From: a virus
Lineage: Duplodnaviria > Caudoviricetes
Reading direction: 5' to 3' (one strand)
IMG/VR virus record: IMGVR_UViG_3300016667_000797
Span: 14,374-78,373 of that record
DNA length: 64,000 nt
Part shown: positions 36,534 to 46,958 of the stretch, piece after piece
How positions within the stretch are numbered: position 1 is the stretch's first letter
Layout of the letters: each line of letters opens with the position of its first letter
Translations under genes and position numbers: made by a program
Notes under the pieces: model-generated
What the model was told of the DNA's origin: nothing
The model's input: only the letters and a program-made list of their open reading frames with translations
Database searches by the model: none

Positions 36534-38045
36534 ATGGCAGATCTTGAAGATGAATTTGAAAGCATGGCGGGAGATACTTCGCAGCCAATCAAACCGCTGG
36601 TGCGTCCCGGGCAAAATTCGGAATTGAAAAAACCAAAACCCGAGGCAACCAAAAAGGTGGCCCCAACAAAAAAGACCAAACCGGAAGTTGGCAAGAAAGC
36701 CAAACCCGAAGCCGAACCTGAACCTGAACCGACTGTTGTGCGCCGACCGATGATCTCGATGGTGGACAATCGCAAGCTGAACAAGCAGGAGAAGGAGACG
36801 GTTCGGCAGCGTTGGTCTGCCAGCAACGGTGCCGAGTCGCGTTCCAAAATGATGGCCAGTCTGCTGGATCAGGGTCGAGACAAGTTCGGTGCCGACCGCG
36901 TTTTTGGTTCGCGTGAGGAGTTGGCTCAGCTAGCCATCGGTATTCCCACGCCGTCCCTGGCGTTCGAGTATCTGATTGCTAATGACGTTTTCCCGCTCTC
37001 CAGCGTCATGATGCTGGCTGGATCGTGGGGTAGCTGTAAGTCAGCCCTCTCTTACGAGTTCTTCCGTTGGTTCTATGAGCGGAATGGCATCGCAGTGCAT
37101 ATCGACACCGAGGACAAGTTTGACGCAGACTTCGCTTGCGACATCATGCGGGTGCAGCACGATCAGACGCCGATCATTTCAAACCGAGCCAACTCGGTCG
37201 AGGTGATGCAGCAGATCCTCTCGTACTATGTAACCGAGATGCAGCGGAAGATGCTGGATAAGACCAGCGATCCGCCTGGTCCCGGCAAGACGGTGCCGAT
37301 CTGTTTCTGTATCGACTCCCTGGCTGGGGCCACGTCGGAGGAGATTCAGGAAAAAATTCGTAAGGACGGTATGGTCGGACGGTCCCACCCGATCAACGCC
37401 CTCAAGAACTCGAACTATCTGCCCGGCATCAAGCGATACTTCGAGGGTTGGCCGTTTACCCTGTTGATCGTCAATCACCTCAAGGAAAAGACGGACGACA
37501 TGGGTAACACGCACCAGTACACGCTGGGCGGACAGACCTTCAACTTCCACGAAAGTTTTGAATTGCGGAACTCAGTCTGGAAGTCCAAGTTCAAGAATTC
37601 CCAGTTTGAGGGGATTGGCATCAAGATCGCCTGCTCCAAGAATTCCTTTGGGCCAACGGGCCGGGCGATCAAGACCCGGTTCCTTTGGTGGATCGAGGAC
37701 GACCCGGAAACAGGTCGCCCACGTGACGTCTTCATGTGGGACTGGAACTGGGCCATCTGCACCCTGCTCAACGAGCTGGACGGCACGGCCCGACAGCGGC
37801 TCAAGGATCGGGAACTGTTGATTGACTGCAAGAGTCCGACAGCGGATATCGAGTGCCTGGCCAACTTCCGGGCGGTCGGCATGGCCAAGGGCGAGTACCT
37901 GCCGTTCCAGGAAGTGGGCCAGATGATTCAGGACAACGAGGAAGTCTGCGAGCGGATTCGTGACGCTTTGAACATCAAACGTCGTGTACGGCTTGAACTT
38001 CCGTTTGACGATCTCGTGGCGCAACATAAACAACAAGCGGAGTGA
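36534..38045 (+). CDS. RecA/UvsX-like recombinase with N-terminal low-complexity extension
   Basis: LAGSWGSCKS Walker A variant, IDTEDKFD, CIDSLAG Walker B, LIVNHL, YTLGG. Confidence 0.8.
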   Translation: MADLEDEFESMAGDTSQPIKPLVRPGQNSELKKPKPEATKKVAPTKKTKPEVGKKAKPEAEPEPEPTVVRRPMISMVDNRKLNKQEKETVRQRWSASNGAESRSKMMASLLDQGRDKFGADRVFGSREELAQLAIGIPTPSLAFEYLIANDVFPLSSVMMLAGSWGSCKSALSYEFFRWFYERNGIAVHIDTEDKFDADFACDIMRVQHDQTPIISNRANSVEVMQQILSYYVTEMQRKMLDKTSDPPGPGKTVPICFCIDSLAGATSEEIQEKIRKDGMVGRSHPINALKNSNYLPGIKRYFEGWPFTLLIVNHLKEKTDDMGNTHQYTLGGQTFNFHESFELRNSVWKSKFKNSQFEGIGIKIACSKNSFGPTGRAIKTRFLWWIEDDPETGRPRDVFMWDWNWAICTLLNELDGTARQRLKDRELLIDCKSPTADIECLANFRAVGMAKGEYLPFQEVGQMIQDNEEVCERIRDALNIKRRVRLELPFDDLVAQHKQQAE

Positions 38046-38048
38046 CCG

Positions 38049-38612
38049 ATGGATCGCATCAACCCGTTGAACCCGTTGCTGAGTCTAATCGAAAGATTTG
38101 AGCAGGCAGAAGGGCGGATCAGGCACTGGGAATCAGCTAGGGTAGAATGGACGTTGCGCCGCCTCAAACTCGAGGCGCCGCGACGGGAACTTCAGTCTAG
38201 TGCGGATTTTACCGGGTATACTTGCGACGATTTCAACCGCGTTGTCGGGACTTTTCCGATGTATCTCTTTGCCGAACAGTTGGAAGACGAACCGCCAATC
38301 CACCGGGATGGACGAGCTGTCCATCCCAACTGGTTCAAGACGTTTCGTAATCTGCCGTTCGTCAAGAAGTACGAAGAGCGGTTTGAAGAGTTGTATCCTA
38401 AGTACAAAGACCGGCCGCTGGCGATGATCTTCCCCCGCAAGGGGTTCGCCCAGGGGCTGGTCTTACATAACGGGAACTGGGACTTGTTTGTTCCGCCCCA
38501 GGCCAGTTGTCACCTGTTCAAGGGTGGCAAGAAACACGCGATGACCCTGGCCGTACAACCTTACGCCGGGTTTATCGACCACATCCACCAGGGACTGGCC
38601 TGGCGGATGTGA
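38049..38612 (+). CDS. Hypothetical protein
   Basis: 187-aa ORF directly after the RecA-like gene. Confidence 0.65.
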   Translation: MDRINPLNPLLSLIERFEQAEGRIRHWESARVEWTLRRLKLEAPRRELQSSADFTGYTCDDFNRVVGTFPMYLFAEQLEDEPPIHRDGRAVHPNWFKTFRNLPFVKKYEERFEELYPKYKDRPLAMIFPRKGFAQGLVLHNGNWDLFVPPQASCHLFKGGKKHAMTLAVQPYAGFIDHIHQGLAWRM

Positions 38613-38645
38613 CTTCAATTCCAGATTTTAAGAAGGACCCATGAC

Positions 38646-39533
38646 ATGTTGGCACAGACATCGGATATGACTCTCAAGTCCCGGGAAGCAATTTTCGAGG
38701 ACATGGCAGAAGTGACGCGGCACGCGGCCCTGGAGGGTGCTCGCAAGATCACAGCCGGTTACAAGATTGCACTCATGGTTCAGTATGACCTGGGTTCAAT
38801 TGTCAACCAGGTTCACGAGGATGCAGCCCTTAATGAACACCAGAAGCGTAACGAAATCCGTAAGCTGGCCGCCTACTGGAACCAGCCGAACTTGAATCCG
38901 ACCACGCTCTACGATCTGCGGAACGTGTCGGCCGCGTTTTCTCGGGATTTCGTGCAGTCCCAGGTGGAAGAGCGGATGGCCAACGGCCTTTACCTGACCT
39001 GGAGTCACTTCAAGGAACTCCAGAAAATTGGTGACGAGAAGAAACAGCTGGCGGTGCTCAAGAAAATTCGGCAGCATTGCTGGAGTGCCAACGAGCTGGC
39101 CCTGGAACTTCAGGGCAAGAAGGAAGCCGCCATTCAACGCTCGGGCGGGCGCAAGCCGCTGCTGCCCAAGACGCCCAATGCCATGATGCAAAAGCTCTAC
39201 ACTACGACACAGCTGGCCGACAACTATGTGGCCGCGCTGGCTGAGCCCCTGGAGAGCACTTTCCTGGAAATGGCGCCCGCAGAGATCGACAGCCAGTTTG
39301 TCGAGAACGTCAGCAGCACCAAAGCCAAGATCGAGGAAGCCATTCGTCACTTCCAGGAAACAGTAAACCGGCTGGACAAGGTTATGCACCGAGCCCAGAA
39401 AGTGGTCACGACTTCAGCAACGATGGCGGCCAAGCAGGCTGCCGCGGAGCCTGAACTGGAGGAATACGAAGAGGAAGCCCCAGCGCCCGTCGTTGAGCGA
39501 AAGCTGCCTCGCCGGGCCAGCGTCGCTCGCTGA
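38646..39533 (+). CDS. Hypothetical protein
   Basis: AGAAGGA RBS; 295 aa. Confidence 0.7.
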   Translation: MLAQTSDMTLKSREAIFEDMAEVTRHAALEGARKITAGYKIALMVQYDLGSIVNQVHEDAALNEHQKRNEIRKLAAYWNQPNLNPTTLYDLRNVSAAFSRDFVQSQVEERMANGLYLTWSHFKELQKIGDEKKQLAVLKKIRQHCWSANELALELQGKKEAAIQRSGGRKPLLPKTPNAMMQKLYTTTQLADNYVAALAEPLESTFLEMAPAEIDSQFVENVSSTKAKIEEAIRHFQETVNRLDKVMHRAQKVVTTSATMAAKQAAAEPELEEYEEEAPAPVVERKLPRRASVAR

Positions 39534-39551
39534 CGGCTGGTCTTCTTCGTC

Positions 39552-39581
39552 GCCCGCGAACAGGTTTCGCGGGCTTTTTTT
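39552..39581 (+). terminator. Intrinsic terminator
   Basis: GCCCGCGAA-CAGGT-TTCGCGGGC then T7. Confidence 0.85.
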
Positions 39582-39605
39582 ATCACTTGGCGCTCGGAGG
39601 TTCTT

Positions 39606-40433
39606 ATGTTTTCCGTATGTGCCGTGCTCTACGGCGACCATCCACAACTGGCCCGACGACTTCTGAACTCGCTGGAAAGCCATGCCTACGTGCAGGATTT
39701 CCGTCTAGGTCTGAATGCAGTCTGTGATGAGACGAAAGAAGTCGTTGTCGCCTGGGCGTTGCAGCAGATGCATCGCTGTCCGGTCTACACCTACGAAGAA
39801 GACATGGGGCTGAACCTGGGTAAATACCCACTGATGCGTCAGATGTTTCGTGACCGTACTCCGGCTGACAAGATTATGTGGTTTGATGACGATAGCTACC
39901 TCGACCACACCACTGGCGTGCCTTGGTGGCATCGGATCGCAGAGCACAGTCGCGGCATGCTACAACTGGGCGTCCCGCACTACATCCAGCAACGTGGGCG
40001 GCAGCATGAGGTAATCGTGCGCCAGCCCTGGTACAACAACAAGCCCGTAGATGCCAAGCATCGGTACCGGTTTGCTACCGGCGGCTGGTGGGTGGCTGAT
40101 ACGGCATTCCTACTTCAGTGGAACTATCCGTTCCCGGCCCTCTACCACAATGGCGGTGATTCGATCCTGGGCGAGCTGATCCGCCAACAGAATGGATCGG
40201 TGATACATGCGATCGAAGAAGCGCAGTGTCATTGTGAAAGCTGCGCCATGCGGGGACTGCGTACGGGTGTGCCCGTGGTACACATCAATGTGGGCGGTCG
40301 TAAGGGTCGCCGCGGTATCGGCGTGCAGAACGAACGCTATGTCTGGGCAGACGGCAATACCAAACCGCCGCTGACTCATCAGGATTTTGATTTGCGCATC
40401 TCGCGGTACGAGGTCGCGCTCTATCAGGCATAA
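39606..40433 (+). CDS. GT-A fold glycosyltransferase-like protein
   Basis: GGAGG RBS; IMWFDDDSY (DxD), ATGGWW, GGDSILG. Confidence 0.65.
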   Translation: MFSVCAVLYGDHPQLARRLLNSLESHAYVQDFRLGLNAVCDETKEVVVAWALQQMHRCPVYTYEEDMGLNLGKYPLMRQMFRDRTPADKIMWFDDDSYLDHTTGVPWWHRIAEHSRGMLQLGVPHYIQQRGRQHEVIVRQPWYNNKPVDAKHRYRFATGGWWVADTAFLLQWNYPFPALYHNGGDSILGELIRQQNGSVIHAIEEAQCHCESCAMRGLRTGVPVVHINVGGRKGRRGIGVQNERYVWADGNTKPPLTHQDFDLRISRYEVALYQA

Positions 40434-40442
40434 GGAGAAACG

Positions 40443-40883
40443 ATGAGCTTTGACTGGAAACAAATGCAGCCGGGCGATGGTTACTTTGCTGAACGGCGCC
40501 ATGACGTACACAACTACACCAGCGAGCTGGTGGTGGGTTTGAACATACGAGGCAACGCGTCGCATGTTCAGGTGCTGGAGAGCAGCTTCAATCCAACCCC
40601 GGATCAGGTGGCCGCACACAAGCGGAAACTGATGTTCTTGGAAGCCTACGCGTCCTACCTGAATGCAGGTGGTTCTCCGGCCGAGGCTACGCGACTGCTT
40701 GAGACCTGGACTTCGTACGGCGGCTTGGTCTTCGACGGCTGGTTTTACTTTGACTGCGGCCGGTCGGAGGACGGACACGTCTGCCACGAGTTCCGCAACA
40801 AAACGTCCGATCGGTTTGTGCGCTGGGTCGAGAACGAGTACATCGACACTGATTTGACCGCACAAGACATTTTGGAGGGGTGA
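40443..40883 (+). CDS. Hypothetical protein
   Basis: AAGGAG RBS. Confidence 0.65.
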   Translation: MSFDWKQMQPGDGYFAERRHDVHNYTSELVVGLNIRGNASHVQVLESSFNPTPDQVAAHKRKLMFLEAYASYLNAGGSPAEATRLLETWTSYGGLVFDGWFYFDCGRSEDGHVCHEFRNKTSDRFVRWVENEYIDTDLTAQDILEG

Positions 40884-41794
40884 TGACGCAAGCCAAACAT
40901 CCACCGCTGCCGTCGATCTCGATCAAGGCGATTGTGGCGCGTCGCAATGCGCTGATTTCCAAACTGGCTCCTTTTGTCGGGCAGCAGCTGATCGCGGACA
41001 AGTATTATGAGTTCGTGGATCGGCTGCACTATGCATTGCCGGAAGGAATCTTGCGCGACGTGGTGCATGACAGCGTCAAGAGCCTACTCAAGAAGGAGCT
41101 GACCAACGACCTGCTGGTGTCAACCTGCTGGCGCCTGGCAGCCAATATCGAGCAACTGCGGTCGGTCAAGCCGGTACCACCCTGGACACGACAGCGTGTA
41201 TTTGAGTGGATTCCGGTGCAGATCTGCGGTGTGGAGACACATCGTAAGGGTAAAAGCCTGACCAACCTTTTCACGTTTCAAAGTCTGGGTGGTTCCCTGG
41301 TGCCCAAGACTCTGGCACAGAGCTGGTCGCTCAACAAGACAAACTATATGGCTCGGTATCGCAACGAAAAGGGCCTGGGATTCGGCTTCGGCCGGTCGCA
41401 CGTCAACCAGCGTGGTGAGCAGAAAGGTCGTGGCCTTTTTCTGGATGTGCAGCAGTTTTACGGACTGCGCTGTTTTCTGCTGCTGGATCCAAACCGGTCG
41501 CAAACCGACCCGTTTGCTGTTGAAGTAGGCCATACGCATTCCACGATGGAATATAATAAGCAACTCATCGCTGCCCGAGACCGGCAGCAGAACCCATGCA
41601 TCAACGGAATTTCGGATTCCTTGGAGTGTTTTCTTTGCCCGTATGGAGTAGACCGCTGCGTCTTGGCGACACATGCGGTAACTTATAGGCGGCAAACTTG
41701 TCCGCGGTGCAAACAGCTCGGGTTCACAGACCCAAACGAGTTTGATCATCCGGGGACGTGTGTCAACTGTGTCTTTGAACTGAGGAAGCTATGA
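40883..41794 (+). CDS. Hypothetical protein with C-terminal Cys-rich (zinc-binding) region
   Basis: CFLCPYGVDRC, CPRC, CVNC. Confidence 0.65.
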   Translation: MTQAKHPPLPSISIKAIVARRNALISKLAPFVGQQLIADKYYEFVDRLHYALPEGILRDVVHDSVKSLLKKELTNDLLVSTCWRLAANIEQLRSVKPVPPWTRQRVFEWIPVQICGVETHRKGKSLTNLFTFQSLGGSLVPKTLAQSWSLNKTNYMARYRNEKGLGFGFGRSHVNQRGEQKGRGLFLDVQQFYGLRCFLLLDPNRSQTDPFAVEVGHTHSTMEYNKQLIAARDRQQNPCINGISDSLECFLCPYGVDRCVLATHAVTYRRQTCPRCKQLGFTDPNEFDHPGTCVNCVFELRKL

Positions 41795-42300
41795 CGTTAC
41801 AGGCTCGGATGAGTTCCAGTGACCCGCGGTTGTATAACCCGTCTCGTGACGTGGCACACAACTTTCAGCAGGTGATGGAGCTGGTCGCAGGTAGGTTAGA
41901 GGATCGTGTCTGGCCCGAGTTGGACAGCGTGCTCGATCGAGAGCAGATTACGCTTGACGATCTGGGGGCGGCGTGCGGCGCCTATTGCTGCTATCTGGCG
42001 TCTGCGGCGCAGGAACCGGAACTTAGCCTGTTCGAGGGGTTGAAGAAATCCGGCTTTCTGGATTGCAAGCCTGCGGCTCAGGTTGCTGTAATGGCACATA
42101 TTGGCGCGTGTTACGCTGCCATCCAGTATGCCGGTGTGCGCGAGGCTACGATCAACGGAGAAGGCCCGCTCATGACAGTGACCGACCTGTTGGGCTACGC
42201 TGACCAGTTCTACCGGTACACCGGCATGTCCAGACGCCGTCGGCGCTGGGAGCAATTTAAGGTCCGATTGCGCGCAGGGCTGCAAGCAATCCGTAAGTGA
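41791..42300 (+). CDS. Hypothetical protein
   Basis: ATGA overlap. Confidence 0.65.
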   Translation: MTLQARMSSSDPRLYNPSRDVAHNFQQVMELVAGRLEDRVWPELDSVLDREQITLDDLGAACGAYCCYLASAAQEPELSLFEGLKKSGFLDCKPAAQVAVMAHIGACYAAIQYAGVREATINGEGPLMTVTDLLGYADQFYRYTGMSRRRRRWEQFKVRLRAGLQAIRK

Positions 42301-42321
42301 GGGAAGGTCTAGGGAAGCTGC

Positions 42322-43272
42322 ATGATCATCAATGATTGGGATCAGACGTTCACCGTCAAGTATGGGCATCAGTTTCCCCGGTCTTATCTTTGCTTTGATA
42401 CGGAGTTCACCGGCTCCGACGATCGCAATGATCTGATTGTCGAAATCGGTCATACGATGGTAGAAGACGGCAAAATCGTCGACCAGCTTAACCTGGTGTT
42501 GAACTGGTACAACCATCCGGAAGTTCAAGCCACCTGGCTGGACTACAAGCTCAACAACATGCGATCGCTGGTCGGTCCCGGCTGGCGACTGTTACCCCAT
42601 GTCGTCAAAGGTGAAGGGCAGGATCCGCTTCAGGTACTTCGGTTTTACCACAAGCTGTTCGCCACCTGGAGCAAACGCGGGCTCCCTTTTGTAGCGCAAA
42701 ATGGCCAGTCCGCCGACGAGCGGCTGCTTCGTGGTAATTTCGATCGCTTCCTGAACAAGAGCTTCGAACTTCCGGCGAACGGCTACTTTGACACAGGCGC
42801 GATTTTCAAGGCAAACCAGATCTGGCAAGCCCAGGATTCCAATCTGGCAAACTATCGACTGGCCATGATGCCGACACGAGCAGACACGCTGAAATCTTAC
42901 TTTCAGCGTGTCTGCCATACCCGGGTCACGGGAGTGAAGTGGGGCCTGAAATTTATCCTCGAACATTACGATCTCATCTCCCGGCACGGGGTGGACGTTA
43001 ATCAACTGCATAACGCAGGATACGATTCACTCTGCTTACATTGGGTGATGGAGGAATATCGGAATCGAGTCCTGCCTCGCCCCGCTGGCGAATTAAACGC
43101 CGCAAACTTACAGCAGATTTTCGAGGAGGAAACCGCCAAATATCAAAAAGATAGGGCAAGAGCGGCAGCCGTATCAGGAAAATCGGAACCGGAGGGTCCG
43201 GTTCGTCCTGTGCGAACGACTCCGGCCCTGTCACAATCACGGCGGCCACAACGCAGACAACGCTTGATTTGA
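42322..43272 (+). CDS. DEDDh 3'-5' exonuclease
   Basis: CFDTEFTG (ExoI), AQNGQSAD (ExoII), LHNAGYDS (ExoIII). Confidence 0.8.
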   Translation: MIINDWDQTFTVKYGHQFPRSYLCFDTEFTGSDDRNDLIVEIGHTMVEDGKIVDQLNLVLNWYNHPEVQATWLDYKLNNMRSLVGPGWRLLPHVVKGEGQDPLQVLRFYHKLFATWSKRGLPFVAQNGQSADERLLRGNFDRFLNKSFELPANGYFDTGAIFKANQIWQAQDSNLANYRLAMMPTRADTLKSYFQRVCHTRVTGVKWGLKFILEHYDLISRHGVDVNQLHNAGYDSLCLHWVMEEYRNRVLPRPAGELNAANLQQIFEEETAKYQKDRARAAAVSGKSEPEGPVRPVRTTPALSQSRRPQRRQRLI

Positions 43273-43282
43273 GGAGAATCGG

Positions 43283-43639
43283 ATGGCCAAGAAAAGGATC
43301 AATTCCCGTGCCAAGGGCGCGGTCGGCGAGCGAGAGTTGGCCGGTGAGTTCAATCGCCTGTTTGGGACGCAGGCACGTCGTGGTCAACAGTTCAGCGGGA
43401 TTGAAGGTGAAGACGTGGTCGGCCTGACAGGCATTCACGTGGAGTGTAAGCGGGTCGAAGCCCTCAACATCCACAACGCGATTGCCCAGGCCAAGCGCGA
43501 CGCCAAAGAAGGGAACGTCCCTGTGGTGTTCCACCGCAAGAATCGGACCAACTGGCTGGTAACATTCGAGCTCGACGAAGTCGAGTCGTTCGTGGCCCGG
43601 ATCGGCGATCTGCTGGCCGCGGCTGAAGGCGTGGAGTGA
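43283..43639 (+). CDS. Hjc-type PD-(D/E)XK Holliday junction resolvase
   Basis: NSRAKGAVGERE, EDVV, HVECKR. Confidence 0.8.
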   Translation: MAKKRINSRAKGAVGERELAGEFNRLFGTQARRGQQFSGIEGEDVVGLTGIHVECKRVEALNIHNAIAQAKRDAKEGNVPVVFHRKNRTNWLVTFELDEVESFVARIGDLLAAAEGVE

Positions 43640-43670
43640 GTTTCAATTCCGGATTTTAGGAAGGACACCG

Positions 43671-44759
43671 ATGTCGGACCAGGAAGCAGTGAACCCGAGC
43701 GACGACGAGGCGCTCAAGCAGGAGATGGAGCAGGCGGGCGATCTGGCCAATCTGCTGGTCAAACAGAACGCCAAGTTCGTGAAGGCCGTCTCCGGCATGC
43801 TGGCGTCGAGGCAGCTTTACACAGTCTGCGTCTACGAGCTGGACTCGTTGCTCAAGGAGTTCAAAACCGTCGATCCCGACGGCACGTCGATCACCGACCG
43901 GCAGCGGGAGATGATTCGTGAGTTGCTGGTCAACTCGGCTGCCGTGCAGGCGCAGCAGCCGTTTGACGAGCGCACACTCTTTGACGGACTGACCAAGGTG
44001 ATCTTTCCTTGGCTTGAGTCGATCGTGGAGCACCACACACACCAGCAGGAAGAGGCACGCAAGCGGGCCGAAGCCGCTCGGCTACAGTTGCGAATCAATT
44101 CCAAGATCGACCTAGGCGACATGTTTATTGACGCTCCGGCTGAAGGCCTGGGTCGAACGTCGCGCGTGCTGTTTGTGGGTGACCCGACTGCGCTGCGGTT
44201 CGTGGCGGCCCAGATTGCAGACAAGCTGCTGACCGCGGAAGACCAACAGCTGCAGGTCGTGCACCTGGCGGAAAAGCGATACGTTCCGGCACAGCCGACG
44301 GCGTATCTGGTCACTGTACCACCCAACGTCTGGGCTGACTGTGCCAAGAATGGCGTAGGCTTCCAGAAGGTTTACCAGTCGTTCGTCCTGGCGCAGATCA
44401 ACCACACGCCGGACGTGCTGCTGGTCTCGAACCTGCCCAAGACCAACACCGGCCTGCATACCAGTGTCGGGGCGGTCTCATTGGCCAACGTCAACGAGGC
44501 CCAGCACAGGCTGGCCAAGTGGTGCGAGCTGGCCGCGGCGCTGTTGGTCAGTTTCCTGCCGCTGGATCGACCACTGCGGGACGACGAGCTGAACTCGGAA
44601 GCCTGGGAGCAGATCAACCGCCACAACCTGGTGCGGACCGTGACTGTCCGTCCAGCGGATGGCGGCATGGTCGAGATCTTCACCGGCGACACCAGGCTGT
44701 GCGAGGTGTCCCGCGAGACACTCGACCAGTTCAAAGACAAGTTGATCATCACCAGCTGA
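43671..44759 (+). CDS. Hypothetical protein
   Basis: GGAAGGA RBS; 362 aa. Confidence 0.7.
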   Translation: MSDQEAVNPSDDEALKQEMEQAGDLANLLVKQNAKFVKAVSGMLASRQLYTVCVYELDSLLKEFKTVDPDGTSITDRQREMIRELLVNSAAVQAQQPFDERTLFDGLTKVIFPWLESIVEHHTHQQEEARKRAEAARLQLRINSKIDLGDMFIDAPAEGLGRTSRVLFVGDPTALRFVAAQIADKLLTAEDQQLQVVHLAEKRYVPAQPTAYLVTVPPNVWADCAKNGVGFQKVYQSFVLAQINHTPDVLLVSNLPKTNTGLHTSVGAVSLANVNEAQHRLAKWCELAAALLVSFLPLDRPLRDDELNSEAWEQINRHNLVRTVTVRPADGGMVEIFTGDTRLCEVSRETLDQFKDKLIITS

Positions 44760-44769
44760 GGAAGCAAAG

Positions 44770-45417
44770 ATGGATGTCCTATTGAGCTGGGCCTATCTCG
44801 ATCTGGCCGAGCAGTTCTACGCCGATTTACCTGACAAAAAGGCGCGGAGCGCGGCGGAAGTTTCGGTACCCGAGCTGATCGAGTATCACAAGCGAATGGA
44901 AAAACCGCCCGAGCGGTTGCCGGACGAGTTGAACAACAACTTGCTGGCGATCCGAATCGTGGTGCCCGAGGAAAACGATGTGAGCACATTCCGGCTGGCC
45001 AAGCGCATGCCGGGTGATTCGCAGTTACCTCCGGCACTGGCAGCTCGGAGTTATATGCTTTCCCGGTTTCCGACCGAATGGCACATCGCTCCGGGCAAGA
45101 AACGGCAGCTTCGATTTATCGGGTTGCCGGGGCTTTCTCAGTTCCTGGAATACTGGGCGGTGTCGTGTGCTGCTCTAGGGCAGTCGCTGCCGACCTCGCT
45201 TTGGCGAGACACACCGGTCCTGGAGCTGCCTGAGACTGAGCTGCTTTGCAAGCTCTTGTGGGCTTGCGCCTACAACGACAAGGGAGACAATCAGCAGATA
45301 TTTGCCAATCTGCATACGAACTGGCACGGGCCCGGCCGTAGCGCCGACCTGGACAGTACCGTCTTGTTGGCATTGACCCATCGGTTGGGCGTATACCAGG
45401 GGCCAACCGATGAGTGA
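44770..45417 (+). CDS. Hypothetical protein
   Basis: GAGGAAG RBS. Confidence 0.65.
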   Translation: MDVLLSWAYLDLAEQFYADLPDKKARSAAEVSVPELIEYHKRMEKPPERLPDELNNNLLAIRIVVPEENDVSTFRLAKRMPGDSQLPPALAARSYMLSRFPTEWHIAPGKKRQLRFIGLPGLSQFLEYWAVSCAALGQSLPTSLWRDTPVLELPETELLCKLLWACAYNDKGDNQQIFANLHTNWHGPGRSADLDSTVLLALTHRLGVYQGPTDE

Positions 45418-46108
45418 TATGCCTCGTCCCCAGGAAGACCAGTTCTACACGTTCAAGCCGTTTGTGGTACCCAAGTATCACATCAAGTTTGAACGGGCGG
45501 CTCAGCTGGCGGACATTCCGGGCTATGTCTGGTACAGCCCGGCACCGCTCTATCTCTGGGGTCGCTTCTCGGAGTCGAACCTGGCGGACGCGGTGCAGCG
45601 CCACGACCTGAAGATCTTTTGGTACAAGTTCGACCAGCCGATCTTCGGCGGGCTTCAGCTGCCGGGCGACAACAGCTGGAACCATGCCCTTTGGGCCGCA
45701 CGCGAAGACCAGTGGAACCTCCTGGTGGATGCGATCCTGGAAACCGTACAGTTCGACATTCCGCAGTCGCGGCTCTACCAGTACGCGCTGCAGAAGTTCT
45801 CAATCTACGATCCACTGGCGGTGGACGCTCAAAAGCTGGTGACAGCCAAAACGCCTCGCGTGCCGGTCAACGTCTTCGCGGTGCTGACCAACGAGCGGCA
45901 ATATGCGTTTGACACACGCAAGCCGGAGATGCCTCAGGCTCCGGCGATTGCCAGCTTCAAGCCAAGCCAGATTCACGTGGATGCAGCCCGCACCCTGTTT
46001 GCAGCCAAGAACCTGACGCAGGACAAGGCGTTTGCGCGTTACAAGGAAATCATGACCCAGGCACAGGACCTGGAGCATCAGAAGAAAATCAACCAATATC
46101 GAAGGTGA
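45410..46108 (+). CDS. Hypothetical protein
   Basis: 232-aa ORF overlapping the previous stop. Confidence 0.65.
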   Translation: MSDMPRPQEDQFYTFKPFVVPKYHIKFERAAQLADIPGYVWYSPAPLYLWGRFSESNLADAVQRHDLKIFWYKFDQPIFGGLQLPGDNSWNHALWAAREDQWNLLVDAILETVQFDIPQSRLYQYALQKFSIYDPLAVDAQKLVTAKTPRVPVNVFAVLTNERQYAFDTRKPEMPQAPAIASFKPSQIHVDAARTLFAAKNLTQDKAFARYKEIMTQAQDLEHQKKINQYRR

Positions 46109-46115
46109 GTGAGTC

Positions 46116-46334
46116 GTGTCTGAGTTTCCCATTCCATCGTTGCGGCAATTCCTGCTGCCGGATCAATTGGTCAAGGTCATGGTCTTTGCTGCGGCGGATC
46201 TGGCCGAACTGAACCAGGTGGTCAATGCCTGGGTCAACGAGACCAAGGCGATTGTGGCCACCGTGAGTGCCCCAGCAATTACTGACACAGGTGCAACCCT
46301 GTCGTTGACCTATATACCTGCGACGGGAGCCTGA
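46116..46334 (+). CDS. Small hypothetical protein
   Basis: 72-aa ORF filling the gap between neighbours. Confidence 0.5.
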   Translation: MSEFPIPSLRQFLLPDQLVKVMVFAAADLAELNQVVNAWVNETKAIVATVSAPAITDTGATLSLTYIPATGA

Positions 46335-46335
46335 G

Positions 46336-46923
46336 ATGAAGGATAAGAAGGCGGTCGAACGCTGGAGCGCTTTTCAGGCCAAGGTTCCCGGCCTGGTGGA
46401 GGCTATGCGGGAGGTTCAGGAGGTCGTCACTGATCAAGACATCGAACTGGCTGACCTGAAGAAGCGATTGCCGCAGGACGTAGTGGACTGGCTGGACGAC
46501 AGCAAGCGCAAGCATGACCCCAGACGCTGGAGCCGGGATCTGGCCCACAAGTGGATTCTGTGTGAGATGCCGTCAGGCAGCTATCCGGTGATTCGCGAGT
46601 TTGAGACTCTGGACGAACTGCGAGAGGCCCTGGCGGCACTCGAAGACACAGAGACGGCTGCGGTGGTCACCTACGGGGCTCACATCCCGTTCTCGACCCC
46701 GCTGACTCGGATGGACGGGCGCAAGTTTCGCTACCTGATGTTGCCCAACGAGACGTCGGTTGTGGTGGGCAACGGCGAAACCCAGCAGCTGATCTTTAAC
46801 GACGAATTGCCCGAGGATTTGGAAGTCCAGCCACACCACTGGCTGGGCGATCCGCGTGATCTGGAAGGTGGCTACTACACGCCGGGATCAGATGACGCCG
46901 GGGCCGACGGGGCCTCGGCGTAA
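46336..46923 (+). CDS. Hypothetical protein
   Basis: 195-aa ORF. Confidence 0.65.
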   Translation: MKDKKAVERWSAFQAKVPGLVEAMREVQEVVTDQDIELADLKKRLPQDVVDWLDDSKRKHDPRRWSRDLAHKWILCEMPSGSYPVIREFETLDELREALAALEDTETAAVVTYGAHIPFSTPLTRMDGRKFRYLMLPNETSVVVGNGETQQLIFNDELPEDLEVQPHHWLGDPRDLEGGYYTPGSDDAGADGASA

Positions 46924-46958
46924 CAACCCTTTCTTTTAGCTATCAGAAGGAACAACGC

